Shown here piece by piece: positions 50,384-63,319 of a stretch of 64,000 nucleotides of DNA. The stretch lies in NCBI GenBank assembly GCA_001662655.1, contig KV460206.1. The stretch is one strand, 5' to 3'. The notes beneath the pieces were generated by a model that ran no database searches, was not told where the DNA came from, and was given only the letters and a program-made list of their open reading frames with translations. Within the stretch, counting starts at the first letter, position 1, and the number at the start of each line of letters is the position of its first letter. The DNA is from Pseudogymnoascus verrucosus (lineage: Eukaryota). A program made the translations under genes and the position numbers.

Positions 50384-51479
50384 TCAGATGGACTTTAGGG
50401 CGTGCATTGAATTGTATAGTGGTTATCATACGTATCTGCCACATTCATGTACGGGAATGAATCTGGGAACACTTGGATCGCAGAGTTAGAACACGAATTT
50501 TATGCCCCCTCGCTTAATCCTAACCCCACCATTTCAACTTCCTGTACCAGTGGTATGGCAGCAGGTGTGTATAATATAAAGCAAGTAGAAAAAGCAAGGG
50601 CCAAGGTCTTGGGTTTAGGCATGTTGAAGTTTCAAGAGAGGGGGGGCGTTTGGGTAGTGATTGTGGGGGTGAGTGTAGCGAAGCACAAATTTTGAAAGGT
50701 AGGGTTGGTTATTATGATGGAGGGTAGGGGAGTTCGTATACTTCCCCATTCATGAAGTGCAATTTCTCTCTTCACTCAACGATGCCACTGTGACTACTGG
50801 CGTTCTCGTCTCTTCGGCGCCGCTTCTCCGCAACAGCGGCAGTGCAGGAAGTACACTGGTGCAACCGCTACTGTATGAGTTATGATGAAGATGACGGTTT
50901 TGAGTTTCCGAGTTAGCGAACTCTTGCTGTGTCCCAAGCTTGGTACCTTGGCTTGACCAGGTCATAGATACGGTGTCTATTCACCCTTTGCACAGCCTTA
51001 AGGGCCAGAGGTTGGTACTTTAATTGTTGGTGGTTGCGCCAGCCAGTTGGCCAACCAGCTCAGTTGGCGGTTGGGCCGGAACATAAATGATACAAAGATG
51101 CATATTCTAGAGGTCACCACAAGCTCCTCTCTTTGCGGCAGGCTTATTGGCTCTAATAACAGTATACATTATAATTCGAACTCCAACGAGAACACATACA
51201 TGCCTTCAATGCCACTAGAAATGGTTTCTAGCTTCTGTGCGTCTTATACGTTTAAGACGCTTGCGTTAAACCGTACCCATAACTGATGAAACAAATACAC
51301 AGTGTCAAATGAGAAGACTGAGTAAAACGAAAGCAGATACCTATCAAGATGCGGATGCTCGATCCATCGTTCAGGATGGAATTTCTTAGAGTCCGAGAGA
51401 TGGATTCGTTATGGTGAACGAGCACGGACGTCATGCCTACGGGAGTACTGGAAGGGATAAACCAGTCTTTTTTGCCATC

Positions 51480-51660
51480 GGATCCAGAGTCTCTGTCCTT
51501 TAATTTCGTACAATAGCGCGCTTGCAGCGATTCGATGCTCCTCTCTGGAAAAGAACGGGTGAAAGCCCAATGTATCTCTTCCACGGTAAGCATTCCTCCT
51601 TAAGGCCGATCAGCAAATTGTATTCTTCTTCCGTATATGGAGACCTTTGCGCTTTGTCTG
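51480..51660 (-). pseudogene. Myb/SANT-like domain fragment with a frameshift
   Basis: Joining two frames at ~51581 gives RSPYTEEEYNLLIGLKEECLPW-EEIHWAFTRSFPERSIESLQARYCTKLK, a Myb-like helix-turn-helix pattern. Confidence 0.6.
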
Positions 51661-52727
51661 CTTTTGCAGGGCTGGTCATGACTTCTTTGCATGAGATGCA
51701 CAATCCCGTGGTCGAGCTGATCTTCGACTGTTTCCCGGCCAATCCTAGCAGTGTTGCCCAAGCTAGACAAATTTCCGTTTGTCCCACACATTATATATAT
51801 GATAAAGGATGGATCGAAGGCTCTTACTGGCCTAAGGATATCGAGAATATCGGAGGCCCTAAGAAGGTTCATCAGTGGTCTAAGCTTGAAACGCAATCAT
51901 GATGAGCAAAGTGCCTCGGATACTCCTTTCCACGGCTCCGGATCTTTTTTTGCCGTTGGCCGAAAATCCCATCGTCCTTATCCTTCTCTCTGTACTATAC
52001 GATAGACCCTTTTCTTCGTCCGGAGTTTTCTACCGTCCCACGAACCATGCAAATTTCTGTTCAATCCTGTCTTCCAACTACAGACCGCATATATCAGCCT
52101 AAACTGAATGAAGAGTCCGAAGACTTCGAATACCTACGGAATAGATAAAGGGAGATGTAAGCTGAGCCAAATGATGACAGTATCTAAGTAGTAAGCCTAG
52201 GGAGTAAGCCCACGTGATAATCCAACTGACAGCTCCATGCCTAGCAATTCCTCCATCACGTGCACGTCCAGCTCCTTCCATCGGGCAATCCTCCGGTTCC
52301 AGGAACCGATATCGCAAAAACAAAGAGCAGCATTTGGGCGTGTCTGCCCGATGCCACTCGAGCTGGTCCTCAGTCATTTGTCTCTAACATGTGAAATAAA
52401 GCTTAGCCAACTGAAGCCAATTCGAAGCTACGTCATTCTCTCCGATGGCTGGTCCTCTTTCATTTGGGTCTAATAACGCTGGACCAATTGAAGTCAATTC
52501 GAGGCTACGCAATTCTCGCCGCATATCTGCACCTCATTTTACGGGAACGTCCCTAGTCACTAATCCTCTCGTCTTGGGTACGGTACGCCACGCCGTGAAT
52601 CTGTTCCTCGAAGTCTTCAGCAGCTTATGCAGTGAGGAGCTGAGCGTTCGTCTTTTCCAAAACTTCGGTTCAACTTATCTGCCTAAACAATCACCTAGCA
52701 GGAGTTTGCTGGAATAAGAAGAGCACC

Positions 52728-54686
52728 ATGCCTATAATTACTCTTTGTCGATTCGGTAGGGAAGGCCAACTCGAATCATTTGAGGCGGATACTAACGCTA
52801 CGGAATTCATTGCAATATCCCACGTATGGGGTCTAGCATACTGGACAGACATACCTGGAATTCAGCACCAAGTCATTGTCTCACAACACAAGGCCGAATT
52901 TCTGGAAACGAAGCTGCCGAAACTCGTGGGGCAATTGCCATTCTGGATGGATATACTTTGTGTCGATCAGCGGTCTAAGGCAGCACGCATCGCAGTTGTG
53001 CAATCCATCCCCGACATTTATCGCAACGCGGTACGTACAGTTGCAATTAAGGATGGTGATGGCTTTCGAGGTTGTTGTGCCAACGCCATCAGTTCCTTCG
53101 CTGATTGGAACTTGCGAGGGAAGGAGGAGCTTCTCGGCCATGTGCGAGCGAAACATCCACACATCGGTTTGACTGAGTCCTATCTATTTCGACTATGGCC
53201 ACTAGAAGAAATCTTACTGAGCGATAACGTCCAGTTCGAAGTTTGTGCCGATTGGGAACCAGAATCCAGGAATGACGACGCAGATTTCGGAGTATCTAGT
53301 GTGACATCTTCTCTACTAAACATCGTAGCTAGTCTGGATGCACTGGGCTCATGCTGGTCTCGCAAAGGCAGAAGCGATGATACAATCACCGATGAGACTA
53401 TGGGTGAGTTCGCTAGGGCCTTCATGACCTGTCATGTTCCGATTTCGCGCCCTGCTGGCCCTGCCATGCCTGAACACCCCAGCTCAAGCAACAACCTATG
53501 GTACCAAATGAATATAAATTCCATCCGCGCTACCGGCAAACCACGAGACTTCATCCTTGCCGTGATGGTCCAGTACAGCTGGTATCATGTCCCAGCGCAA
53601 GCGGGGAGCATGCCATTTTCCGAGTTATTTCTAGATTGTCACCGTCAAGCGCATGAAGCGGGGTTTGGCTTTAACTCCAAATTACTAGAAATGACAGGGA
53701 TACCTCAAGAGGCCGGCAGCGGAAGCCATTGGGTTCCGGCAAAGGACATACCCACGCCGACATGCCTCGGAGACTTTGTGAAATTAATTCGGCCACCTAG
53801 CCCAACGTCCTCACCTTCGAAGGTGGCAGTGGTGGCTAATACTTTCGGCGGCACAAAACTTATGATGCCCTCAAACATGATGCAGGTTCTTCAGGTGATA
53901 CAGACAGCCATGAAGTTTTCTCCTAGGGTATGGAGTTTGGCACACCGAGGAGGAGAGCTGAGCAAATACGGGTCGTGGACGAGTGATTATGAAAGCATCA
54001 GATCGCAGAGAAATGATAGCGGTATTGGAGTGTCAAACTCGGCCGGGGCGGCTGAGCAAGATTTTCTTATGCAAAGGAGGACTTCGGAGCGTCTTCTTTA
54101 CGAGGTCACTTCTTATCTAGACGCACAATGGACAGGGCTTGGACTGTACGAAAGAGATTCCGAAGCGAGTGGTGATTGGATCAACACCCATCTGCCATAT
54201 CTGGTGCATTGCGACCCACCAGAGTATAAACAGACTCTCTTCTTTCTTGCCGCGATGGTCAGCTGCGGCATCCCTCTAAGCGCGTTTGACTGGGCCCGGA
54301 AAAGGCTGTACGCCGTCGTGGTCGCATTCTCCGACCAGCCGGTCCTTGCTCTGATCCTACGATCCGTTATTGACAGCAGAAACCTGCCAAACTTCCATGT
54401 TGTCGAACAGCGGCAAGAAAGCCATATCACTGGCACGGGCCTTTTTCTGGCGTCTATTGACGGATCCCCCATTGGCTATGTTCCGGATTTTGACGCAGTC
54501 GACGGGAATGAAGAGTTTCGTCAGCATATGTACTTGCTCTACAAAGACTTGTACACTCAAAACGATGAACAATTTGGCTTGAGAAGGGCCGTCTATCTTG
54601 GTGAGCGTGCGGATGACACCTTTGGTATTGTTGATATTGGCGAGACTAGTATCCTGTCAAATTGGACACGTGTGGTTCTTGAGTGA
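52728..54686 (+). CDS. HET-domain protein (heterokaryon incompatibility, TIR-like), 652 aa
   Basis: HET motifs FIAISHVWG, FWMDILCVDQ, IPDIYRNA and YLFRLWPLEEILLS, then R.TGKPRDFILA. Intronless. Confidence 0.85.
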   Translation: MPIITLCRFGREGQLESFEADTNATEFIAISHVWGLAYWTDIPGIQHQVIVSQHKAEFLETKLPKLVGQLPFWMDILCVDQRSKAARIAVVQSIPDIYRNAVRTVAIKDGDGFRGCCANAISSFADWNLRGKEELLGHVRAKHPHIGLTESYLFRLWPLEEILLSDNVQFEVCADWEPESRNDDADFGVSSVTSSLLNIVASLDALGSCWSRKGRSDDTITDETMGEFARAFMTCHVPISRPAGPAMPEHPSSSNNLWYQMNINSIRATGKPRDFILAVMVQYSWYHVPAQAGSMPFSELFLDCHRQAHEAGFGFNSKLLEMTGIPQEAGSGSHWVPAKDIPTPTCLGDFVKLIRPPSPTSSPSKVAVVANTFGGTKLMMPSNMMQVLQVIQTAMKFSPRVWSLAHRGGELSKYGSWTSDYESIRSQRNDSGIGVSNSAGAAEQDFLMQRRTSERLLYEVTSYLDAQWTGLGLYERDSEASGDWINTHLPYLVHCDPPEYKQTLFFLAAMVSCGIPLSAFDWARKRLYAVVVAFSDQPVLALILRSVIDSRNLPNFHVVEQRQESHITGTGLFLASIDGSPIGYVPDFDAVDGNEEFRQHMYLLYKDLYTQNDEQFGLRRAVYLGERADDTFGIVDIGETSILSNWTRVVLE

Positions 54687-56112
54687 GGGGTAGGAAGTTG
54701 ATGCAAGGCCATCTTGGGGATGGAAGATAAATTTTGTTATAGCGATACCACGTCGCTAGATCTGCTATGTTTCACATGTTTCTGTAAGGTAATCGATCAC
54801 GAAACCGGCTAGTTAGAACTAGCAACCACGATGGTTGCTAGCCTCCCTCCAGTTGCCCTTTCTCTTAAATATCAGCTGATAGTTGTTGACTTTATGTACA
54901 GGATATTGTGACTACGTAATCTACGACTTTCAAGTAGTTTCCTTCACTAATGTTCGAGCTGAGGGGTCTGTGGATTAAGGAGCATCTTTTGTAGGTTCTT
55001 TAAAGTGATTTTTAGAGGGTCTTCTGCAGACGAGGGTTGTTTCTAGGCATGTTCTTTGCCATTTATTTTACCCTATTACTAGGTTTCGCGGCAACTGGGC
55101 TGGAGGTTTCAGCCGTAACACTTGGGCTGTCGGGGTAAGCTAGCCAAATACGCCACAGAGTTCGTACTGAAGTAAACACTATCACGCAACATTTTGAGCG
55201 TTTCTGTAGTATTTGTAATAATGAATATCTGAGAAATACATCTCTCATATTGTAAGCGATCGAGGCATTGTTCGAGTTTGAAGATATGAAGCCGTCGTTG
55301 AGGTATAGTAAAGCGTGGGACAGTAAGACTGGCAGAAAATCGACCAATGATGCAACAAACTTAAACTGCAATGATTTCGCTCCACCACTAGCTATACGTA
55401 AGCCGTGAGATGAGTATAATATATCAGAAGCTCTAGATTAGATCGAAAAGTGGAAAATGTGCGAAGATCATTGTGCCTCGCCTGGCGCAAATCCCCAATC
55501 GATCCCAAGGGCTCCCGTATGCCACGACGGGCGCATTTGCCAGCTGAGCTAGCAGCCGACCAAAAGAGCGGTCAAGGACTGGGGGTTTGGCAACCCCCCC
55601 CTATAACTCCTAATCGCTACGCGGGCCTATTAAATAGTTATATAATTCAATTGATTTCTATATACTCTATATACTGCCCTATTTGAAGCCTCCTGTCCGT
55701 CCCGTTATGATCAAGCGGAGATTCCTGGTAACCGGAGCCACCACACGATTTTGGCTGTGGCTCTGCATACCCAGAATCCACACCCAACATAAACACAAGC
55801 TGCTGCATCGCAGACACCGAATTCGATTTTACATGCATATTATCGTCCAAATGAGGTTGCAGCAATCCTATAAAGGGGTGAGGGCATGCCGTGGCTGTCT
55901 CTCATTCGCCCGATCACCTTGTTGACCTCTCACTTAGTCTGTACTACAATCAGCTGGACGATTGTGTTCCTTCACATATTACACCATTGTCGGCCGCCAT
56001 ATGCGTATATAGTAACATGCAAACTACTATGAGGGCACTGCATCTCGAGTGAATCGCCGGAGACCCGCGAGATACCTCATTTTCACGCATTATACCTCCC
56101 ACAAGCCTGAAG

Positions 56113-57077
56113 ATGGCAGGTAACGATAGCTTCACTCTGTCTGTCGCGGGCAGAGCGCGGTCGAAGGTCTCGCCATTCTATAACCCGACCCTAGACAACC
56201 TGTCAAAGGAAGCCCGAGACCTGTTCGAAAACTACAGCGGCATCGACCCCGACCGCGTAGTCTCGCACGTCGAGGAAATCGTGCGTCGCCCCAGCCACAG
56301 CCTACTTCTAAACGCTAACTCCTCCAGCGAGATCGAGCATGGGCAATTGTACCAACCCCACTATCCCTCTACAAACATCCCACTTACTCCTAGTCCCACC
56401 AGTTTCCGTACCCATGCATTGGCCTATTCCGCTTCGTCAACCTCAGCCTACGCACCTCACCCCTCTACCCCAGCATCCTCTCGCGCCTCAAAGACGACAA
56501 GCAAACCTTCCTCGACCTCGGCTGCTGTCTCGGGACCGAGATCAGACAGCTCGTCGCTGATGGCGCCCCGAGCGAGAATATATATGGCACGGACCTGCGG
56601 CCCGAGTTTTGGGAGCTGGGATACGAGCTGTTTCGCGACAAGGGCAGTCTCAAAGCCTCTTTTTTGACGGGGGATGTATTTGACCCGTTCTCCGAACTAG
56701 GGAAGTTGGATAAAAAAGTGGATATTCTCCACGCGGGGTTGTTTTTCCATCTGTTTAGCTATGACCAGCAGATCGAGGTCGCGAAGAAGATCGTTAAGCT
56801 GATGAGGCCGGTGAAGGGCTCGTTACTGCTTGGGTGGCAGGTGGGTAGCTTGGACGTCGGGGTGTTGCAGAGCTCGGATGGCGCAACGATTCTTTATAGG
56901 CATGATGAGGAGTCGTGGGCGGGATTGTGGCGGGAGGTGGGCGAACAGACGGGAGTGAAGTTTGTGGTTGAGTCGCAGTTAGTGGAAGGGGCAAGGTATT
57001 TCATTAGAGATGGGCAGCCGGCGGAGCCGTGGGTGGAGGATCCAAAGCGGTTGATGTTTTCTGTGAGAAGAGTGTGA
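56113..57077 (+). CDS. SAM-dependent methyltransferase (AusD/Trt5-like fungal family); introns 56281-56327 and 56349-56402
   Basis: The spliced product contains RDRAWAIFPYPCIGLFRF, FLDLGCCLGTEIRQLVADG, GTDL, LGYELFRD and HAGLFFHLF. Confidence 0.88.
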
Positions 57078-57619
57078 TAACGACTTAGATGAAGATTCCG
57101 TGTGTACGGTAACACCTCGGTATAGGATCCTGCAGAATGTATACCTGAGATTGCAAGGATTAGAATCTCGGTTGCACGTCCGTTTGGATTTTCGGTCACG
57201 GTGACTTTACCCAAGAATCCTGACATAAAGATCCTGCAGATTAGTGACAGAGACTCTACCAAACGGATTCTTGGACATAAGTATCCTGTACCGTCCGTTT
57301 GGATTTTGGTCACGAGGACTTTACCCAAGGGAGGCTTGCATATCAGGATCCCAATCCCGGTTCGAAAGGTCTCCTTACATCGATGTTTCACATGGCTACC
57401 AATCTCCCTCCTATCCAGAGTCTAGCATGCCGTCATTTCACTTAGTCGCTCCGGAACGAGGTATATGGTGAAAATTTAAGGTTCAAGTGCAAGGTAGACA
57501 TCGAAGGTCGTGTTATTGTAGGTGTTGCACAGGCCCTCACCGCCATTGGCTAATGCAAGGGGTTGGTACAGCTTGACGCACAGACGAACACAAACAGTGG
57601 GAAAATGGAGCACAGCGAG

Positions 57620-57820
57620 ATCTACGTCTTGATAACTCCCAGTGGCGCAAAGACAGGAAACTCCACCCGAGTGTCATGGGCACAAAGTGGTCCGATGTCA
57701 TCCTATCTCCATCTCTCAAAGACAGCATCATGAGCGACATCACCACCTTCTTCGACTACGAAGAAATGTACACCTCCCTCATCCCCTGGAAGCGCGGTAT
57801 CATCCTCCACGGTACCCCCC
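57620..57820 (+). pseudogene. AAA+ ATPase fragment truncated at Walker A
   Basis: DNSQWRKDRKLHPSVMGTKWSDVIL...FF...Y..LIPWKRGIILHGTP, then loss of similarity before GxGKT. Confidence 0.6.
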
Positions 57821-58404
57821 GCAGATCTTCAGTAGAGACGACTGAGGGAGATGACAAGGATAAGGGAGTTGACAAGGATGAGACTGAGACGCTAGATGAG
57901 GAGAAGGAGGTAGCGAAACCGATTTCAGAGTATACAAACCAACACATTAAATTCCACATTTTACGCTATTAAATGGGTTCATGCCCTGTTGGTGGGTTAG
58001 GCCACAACTCCGCTCTATTGTACGTTGATTTTAGATGAATTGGACTGCCTTATTGGCTGTAATCGTGGAATTGGGTTAACCCAATACATGTCCTGGATGG
58101 GGAGGGATCTCGCACGGTCCACACCTTATTTTGTATTGTATGTTCAGTACGGTGCCAAAAAGTATACGTACGGCCCGGTGCTTTTAATCATACAAATCAC
58201 TCCAATTTGAGCACGGGCCCGCACGAGGAACTTATGGCGCCGTACTGTATTGTGTGGTAAATGGGTTTTCTGCATGGGTGGTTAATGGTGGCGACCGTAG
58301 CAGGGCTTAGAAACGGGGAAACGCAATTGACACGTTGATTACAGCAATCTCATATTGCAGGTTATTCCAGGATCCATCACTGCTCACATCCCCGTTCCAT
58401 CATC

Positions 58405-59512
58405 ATGAGCTGTCGCCGTGCTTCGTTGCACATTGCAGTCATCAATTGCGATACGCCCGTGCCACATGTTCTCGCTGCTCGTGGACTCTGCAGCGATATA
58501 TTCGCATCCCTCCTACGAAGAGCAACGGAATTCTACGCAGATTGGAAGACCACAGAACTGGTATTCACTGCTTATGATGCAGTCAAGGGAGAACTGCCTT
58601 TGCAACAGGACTTGGAGAAACTAGATGGTCTCTTCCTAAGTGGTTCAAGTGAGACGAGCTCCGCTACCCCTCGCTCGTAAGTTACAAGGGGATGTATGCT
58701 GACCTAAGTGCCATAGCTGCATCAGCCTACGACCCAACACCTTGGGTAGTGAAGCTTGCCAGCTTCTTAACCAGTAAGTCCCTCCCCTAGATTACAATAT
58801 TGTCTAAGACCTGTTAGACACCTACCATAACAATCCTTCCGTCCGTCTCGTCGGCTCTTGTTTCGGCCATCAAATTATCTGCCACGCAATATTTTCACCA
58901 TACTCCTCTTCCGTCGGCTCGTCTATAACACTTCCATCCCCATCTTCAACTATCTCCCTGGCCTCTTCACTATCACCCCTTCCATCCGTCGTGTCTCAGG
59001 ATCCGAAAGGTTGGAAACTTGGCCTCCACGATATTTCCCTCTCACCACAGTTCCTATCCCACTTCGGCCCCGTCCCCTCTAACCCAGCCTCTCCCAGCCA
59101 GATGCGTCTACGGTTCACACACGCTGACCATGTCATCTTGCCGTCGTTGCCCTCGGACTTCCTCAGTGTAGGGCGGAGCGAGCATTGTGCTCTTCAAGGC
59201 CTGTATAAGACTGGAAGGGTATTGACATTTCAGGGACATCCAGAGTATGACGAATGGACAAATATAGAGATGATTACGAGCTATGGGGCGACGATATGGA
59301 CCGAGGAGGTTCTGCAAGAGGCGTTGGAGAAGTTGAAGAAGGGAGAGGATGATAGTCTTTATGCGGCAAGAGTTATGCTCGATTTCTTAGTCGAGGAAGC
59401 TGCAGAGCAGGTCGACGCTGCGGGCAAGATTGAGATGCTACTCGATGAGAAGTTACCTATGGCAGTGGCGCACAGCCACAAGTGTCTGGGAATGGACCCC
59501 GCGAAGAATTAG
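58405..59512 (+). CDS. Class I glutamine amidotransferase-like protein; introns 58649-58716 and 58774-58817
   Basis: Spliced product has LSGSTASAYD, nucleophile elbow GSCFGHQ and FQGHPE, giving an intact Cys-His-Glu triad. Confidence 0.85.
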
Positions 59513-59679
59513 TAACTAAAAACCTGGCGACAGCGAATTTGCCTTCTACTGTAATACTTTCGAGTAACTGTTAGTAGGATTAGACATTGGCGTTGACCGA
59601 GTGTTGCTCGCTGACTTGCCAAGGCAATGATTTATCAAGCACCTTTAAAGGCGGGTAGGCTCGTCTACGAGCTCTTCAA

Positions 59680-60600
59680 TGTCAACCCGTGGAACATGTA
59701 TAGAGGCCGGAGCCCTCGAGCACTCCTTTGCGAAGTGGCCTGCTTGGCCGCACCGGTAACAGGTCTCTCCTAGATCCTTACGGACAGGTATGGGTTCTCG
59801 TGACGGTCCGTGAAGCTTCAGAGCTGGGTTTGGCGACGCCGTACAGACTGCAAAAGGAGCCGTAGAAGTCGTAACAAGTAGTCACGTACCCGTTAGGGTG
59901 GCTACGGATCTAGTCATGAGTTTGGCGGTCCGTAACTAGCTTCGGCGTTGTTAGAGCCTCTGTAAATTCTTGTCGACAAGTAGGCACTTATGGGCGAGTG
60001 CTTTGCTTGTAGGGAGTATATCTAAAAAAGGTAATACCGACTGCTACAAGGCTGGAGTAAGCTTATCGCAGAGGTCTGGCTGTAGGTCGACCGTAGGGAT
60101 GTTTCCTATACCCGTAAGGTGTAGAAAACGGGTGTAGAACTCTGCGAAGGTTTCATCTTCCTTCATAGAAAGCTTACGGAAGTCGATGCGGGCGTCTTTC
60201 GATTCAAACGGGTTCTGAAGGATTTCCGCGAGGTAGTTAATCATACCCATAGTAGTCGTGAATGGGTCTAGGCGCTTCTGGTAACGGGGTGCTAGATGCT
60301 TCTAAGCTACGTCAGCAGTCTGGTTAAAGATATAGGCCATCTTTACTTGCTTAGAGTCGAACATACGGGCGTTAATTAGAGACTTATCTTCGATTTGGAT
60401 GCGCTAATTATCGAAGGATGGTAATACCCCGTCCGTAAGGGGATCAGGGTCTTTGAGTTTGACCGTAGAAGCGTGGTCTAGCGGTTCTAGGGAGCTTCTT
60501 TAGGAAACGCTCCGCTAAGAAGCGGTTGCGTCTAGTTCAACTGTTCCTGCAGTTGACGGATCTGTTCGCGGGCCGCAGCAAGCTGCTAGACATCCGTAAG
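59680..60600 (-). mobile_element. Degenerate LTR-retrotransposon gag (Ty3/gypsy-like)
   Basis: KLKDPDPLTDG, FRKLSMKEDETFAEFYTRFLHL and a CCHC knuckle CYRCGQAGHFAKEC (~59719-59763). Several TAA/TAG stops. Confidence 0.85.
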
Positions 60601-60704
60601 CTAGGCTGATGACATGACTTCAATCGATTGAAGGGTTTCGGTCTTAGTAGAGGTGTCTCTGTGATAAAACCCAGAAGACTTGACGCCCATTCAAGCCCTA
60701 TACG

Positions 60705-60965
60705 CTAATAGATCTGGACCACAAAGGGAGGGACGACGCCCCTAACAACATATCTCAATACACCATTAGCTGCTAATACTGAAGCACTATTCGACGCTTT
60801 GTAAGTGTCAACCATTTGAGTATTGCAGAGATAAAAAGTACATAGGTTGCCCCAGGCGAATGGGATCAGGGCAATGATAGGTACAATGTAAATTGTCTCA
60901 TGGCGTGCCGACCACCTAAACCACAAGAGGCCAATGGCAAGCGTTGATGGGTAAACAAACATTTC
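60705..60965 (-). pseudogene. C-terminal fragment of an MFS (DHA1-like) transporter
   Basis: IGLLWFRWSA...IVPIIALIPFAWG...VDTY...SASVLAANGVLRY resembles TM9-TM11 of fungal DHA1 transporters. The rest of the gene is absent. Confidence 0.65.
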
Positions 60966-61257
60966 AATATAACTGTAAGTGCTTATTAATATGCTTTCAA
61001 CGGGATCTCCGACGCTAGAGTGGATCAACAGCAATTGGCTCCTCCGTGTTTGTGAGCTGTTGCTTACAAATGCTAGGGTGTTAGGTGAGCAACTGTAATT
61101 GGCTCCTCTGTGTACTGTACTTCTATTGGATTTATGCTTAAATAATACGCTAGTCGAAGGGGCAATCATTATTGGCTCCATCGTGTTCTAGATTATTAAA
61201 TTTCAAGAGACTAGATAAGTGAGACGGTGTGTGCTCTCCTGTATTTGATGCATCCAA

Positions 61258-61782
61258 TGTAAGAAGTGAATAAGGACCTGTTACAGAGACAACACTGTTC
61301 ATCGAAGAGGGTGGCTGGGGAGGAATCGTCAGTTAGAGATTGTCAAGGATACTTTCTTCAAAAGGATTGCTCGCAAGGGTAAGGGGGAAGTTCAATACTG
61401 GGATCCTGACAGCGTCATACGCAGGAGCGCAGGAGCCTAGTCGCTCCCACGCCCTACGGTCTTGAGAGCGGGGAGCGTTGAGAGATTAGTTAGCTCTAGG
61501 GACTCCAGGTCCTGAGGCCTCATCACATCGCGAGATCCTACGTAATAGATAACAAAGATATGTTAGATATTTGATATCCATGATATCCTTTGGCACGACG
61601 GCACTATATAAGTAGATAGTTAGTTCTTAGATAGGAGCTTCGTGCTCAACTCAATATAGATTTTGTTATATACTGTAACCTGTTACTTGAAGCCTTGTGT
61701 CTAATCCCCTGCCTCCTCTGTTAAGTTAAACCATAATGCAAGAATCCTCTGTGCATCTAATTGTTTGGGGAGCAGCGTTACA
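61258..61782 (+). mobile_element. Probable solo LTR (boundaries uncertain)
   Basis: TGTAAG or TGTTAC start and GTTACA end, internal TATATAAG followed by AGTTAG..AGATAG tracts typical of fungal LTRs. No clean TSD. Confidence 0.45.
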
Positions 61783-62732
61783 GGGAGAGGGAGAAAACAC
61801 AGAGTCGTTCAGTGGTGTTGAGGTCGTTACTGTTTCTAGGTAGTACATGTTTGTTAACGTCCATCCCTAAGTATATGGCAGCCCTCTTGGGTCACTTAAG
61901 GCTGTGAGGTATTTAGTTGTCCTAATATTGGGTCATTGCCTAGTATTCCCCCTATGGTTGTATGTAAAACTATCCTAGTTAGGAATGATCAGGCGAGTTT
62001 CGGAACGAGGCAATTAATGCACCTTTTTAGGCTTCCATAAGGCATCGTTTCAGGTCGTCTATCACCCATACCCTGCTGAAATTAGGAAGATAATGTGGGT
62101 CGCGGATAAAAGCAGCAATAGCTGAGGAGCGGGAAAATACAAGTGAAATGCAAACTACTAGTGGTGTTTACCACTCTAACCTAAGTTACCTTGTCTTGGC
62201 ATAGAATTCCACTATTCACAACGGCAGGATCAAAACTAGCTTGAGATGGTCTGTTAGTCATGACTGGCATCTCCTGTAGACGCACAGGCTTGCTAGAAAC
62301 GTTAGCCTAGTAACGTTCCAAAGGGCGGCCTCAACACCTCAGTCCGCCCCTGTACGTAAATCTTACCACTTCAGCCTAAGTTATCGTGCATTAGCAAAGT
62401 GTTGAACTATTTGCAATTGCAGGAGCGCACCTAGAACGGGATGGTCTCACGTCAGCCTTGGCAAAAGATGTCACAATTTGCAGTATAGGAGCGAAACTAG
62501 CATAGGATAGCGAGCTCAGGATCAGGTCAATTAATTATTCAAACTTAGTAGCTATATGGGTATACGTGAAAGATATAACCTTTTTGGATTGTTTATATAA
62601 TCTGATATCTGATTAAGTATATAAGAGGGCCTTTAGACCTAGTTTTGATCTAACAGCTCAATCTCAGTACTTCACATAATCGACTAAGAATCTGAACTTA
62701 CTTACCTCTAAAAATTTCAAAGTGTGATCATT

Positions 62733-63319
62733 ATGAAGTGTTCTACTTTTATTGCACTCTTCTCATTTAGTTTCGCTGTCATCGCAGACTTCGACATGTA
62801 CCATGGCAAATGGATGGTTCTTGGAGAATTCGAAGTGGATCGCGATATATGGCAGATTTTCCAGACCGATCCCAACTGTGACCAAGCTTGGAATACCCCG
62901 GTAACCGATGACAGTTATGATGTGAGTGGGAACAAGCTTGGTGTCCGCTGTGTGGGCAGTGGATGTGATGGTAGTAATGATCCTTGGGATATTGATCTTG
63001 TGGAAATGCATTACTCAAACAACCCCCTTTATCACTGGAGTATGTACTGTCTCGCTTTCCCATATTTTTTTCAGTTGCAAATCTCTACAAATGAACGGAT
63101 GTAACAATCTAACATGATATATAAATAGCCATCTATAAAAATCGCGACAGTTATGCAATGATTGGTCTCGACGGCAGAGTCTACGGCAACTGCGATCCAT
63201 TTCCTTCAGTCAGCTATTACTGTCCACAATTCGCATCATGGATACGTGGCGACCGCAAGTTCCGCTGCTACACCCAGTTCACTGCCGCACAGATCAATGA
63301 AGGAAGAAACAACCACTAG
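62733..63319 (+). CDS. Small secreted cysteine-containing protein (~165 aa); intron 63040-63128
   Basis: Signal peptide MKCSTFIALFSFSFAVIA, six Cys in the mature part, in-frame splice to the stop TAG at 63317-63319. TATAAG box at ~62620. Confidence 0.85.

Noticed and set aside
57180..57330. ~37-bp direct repeat CCGTTTGGATTTT..GTCACG..GACTTTACCCAAG
   Set aside because: Only two copies, probably a local duplication in a decayed element, with no further structure to support a call.
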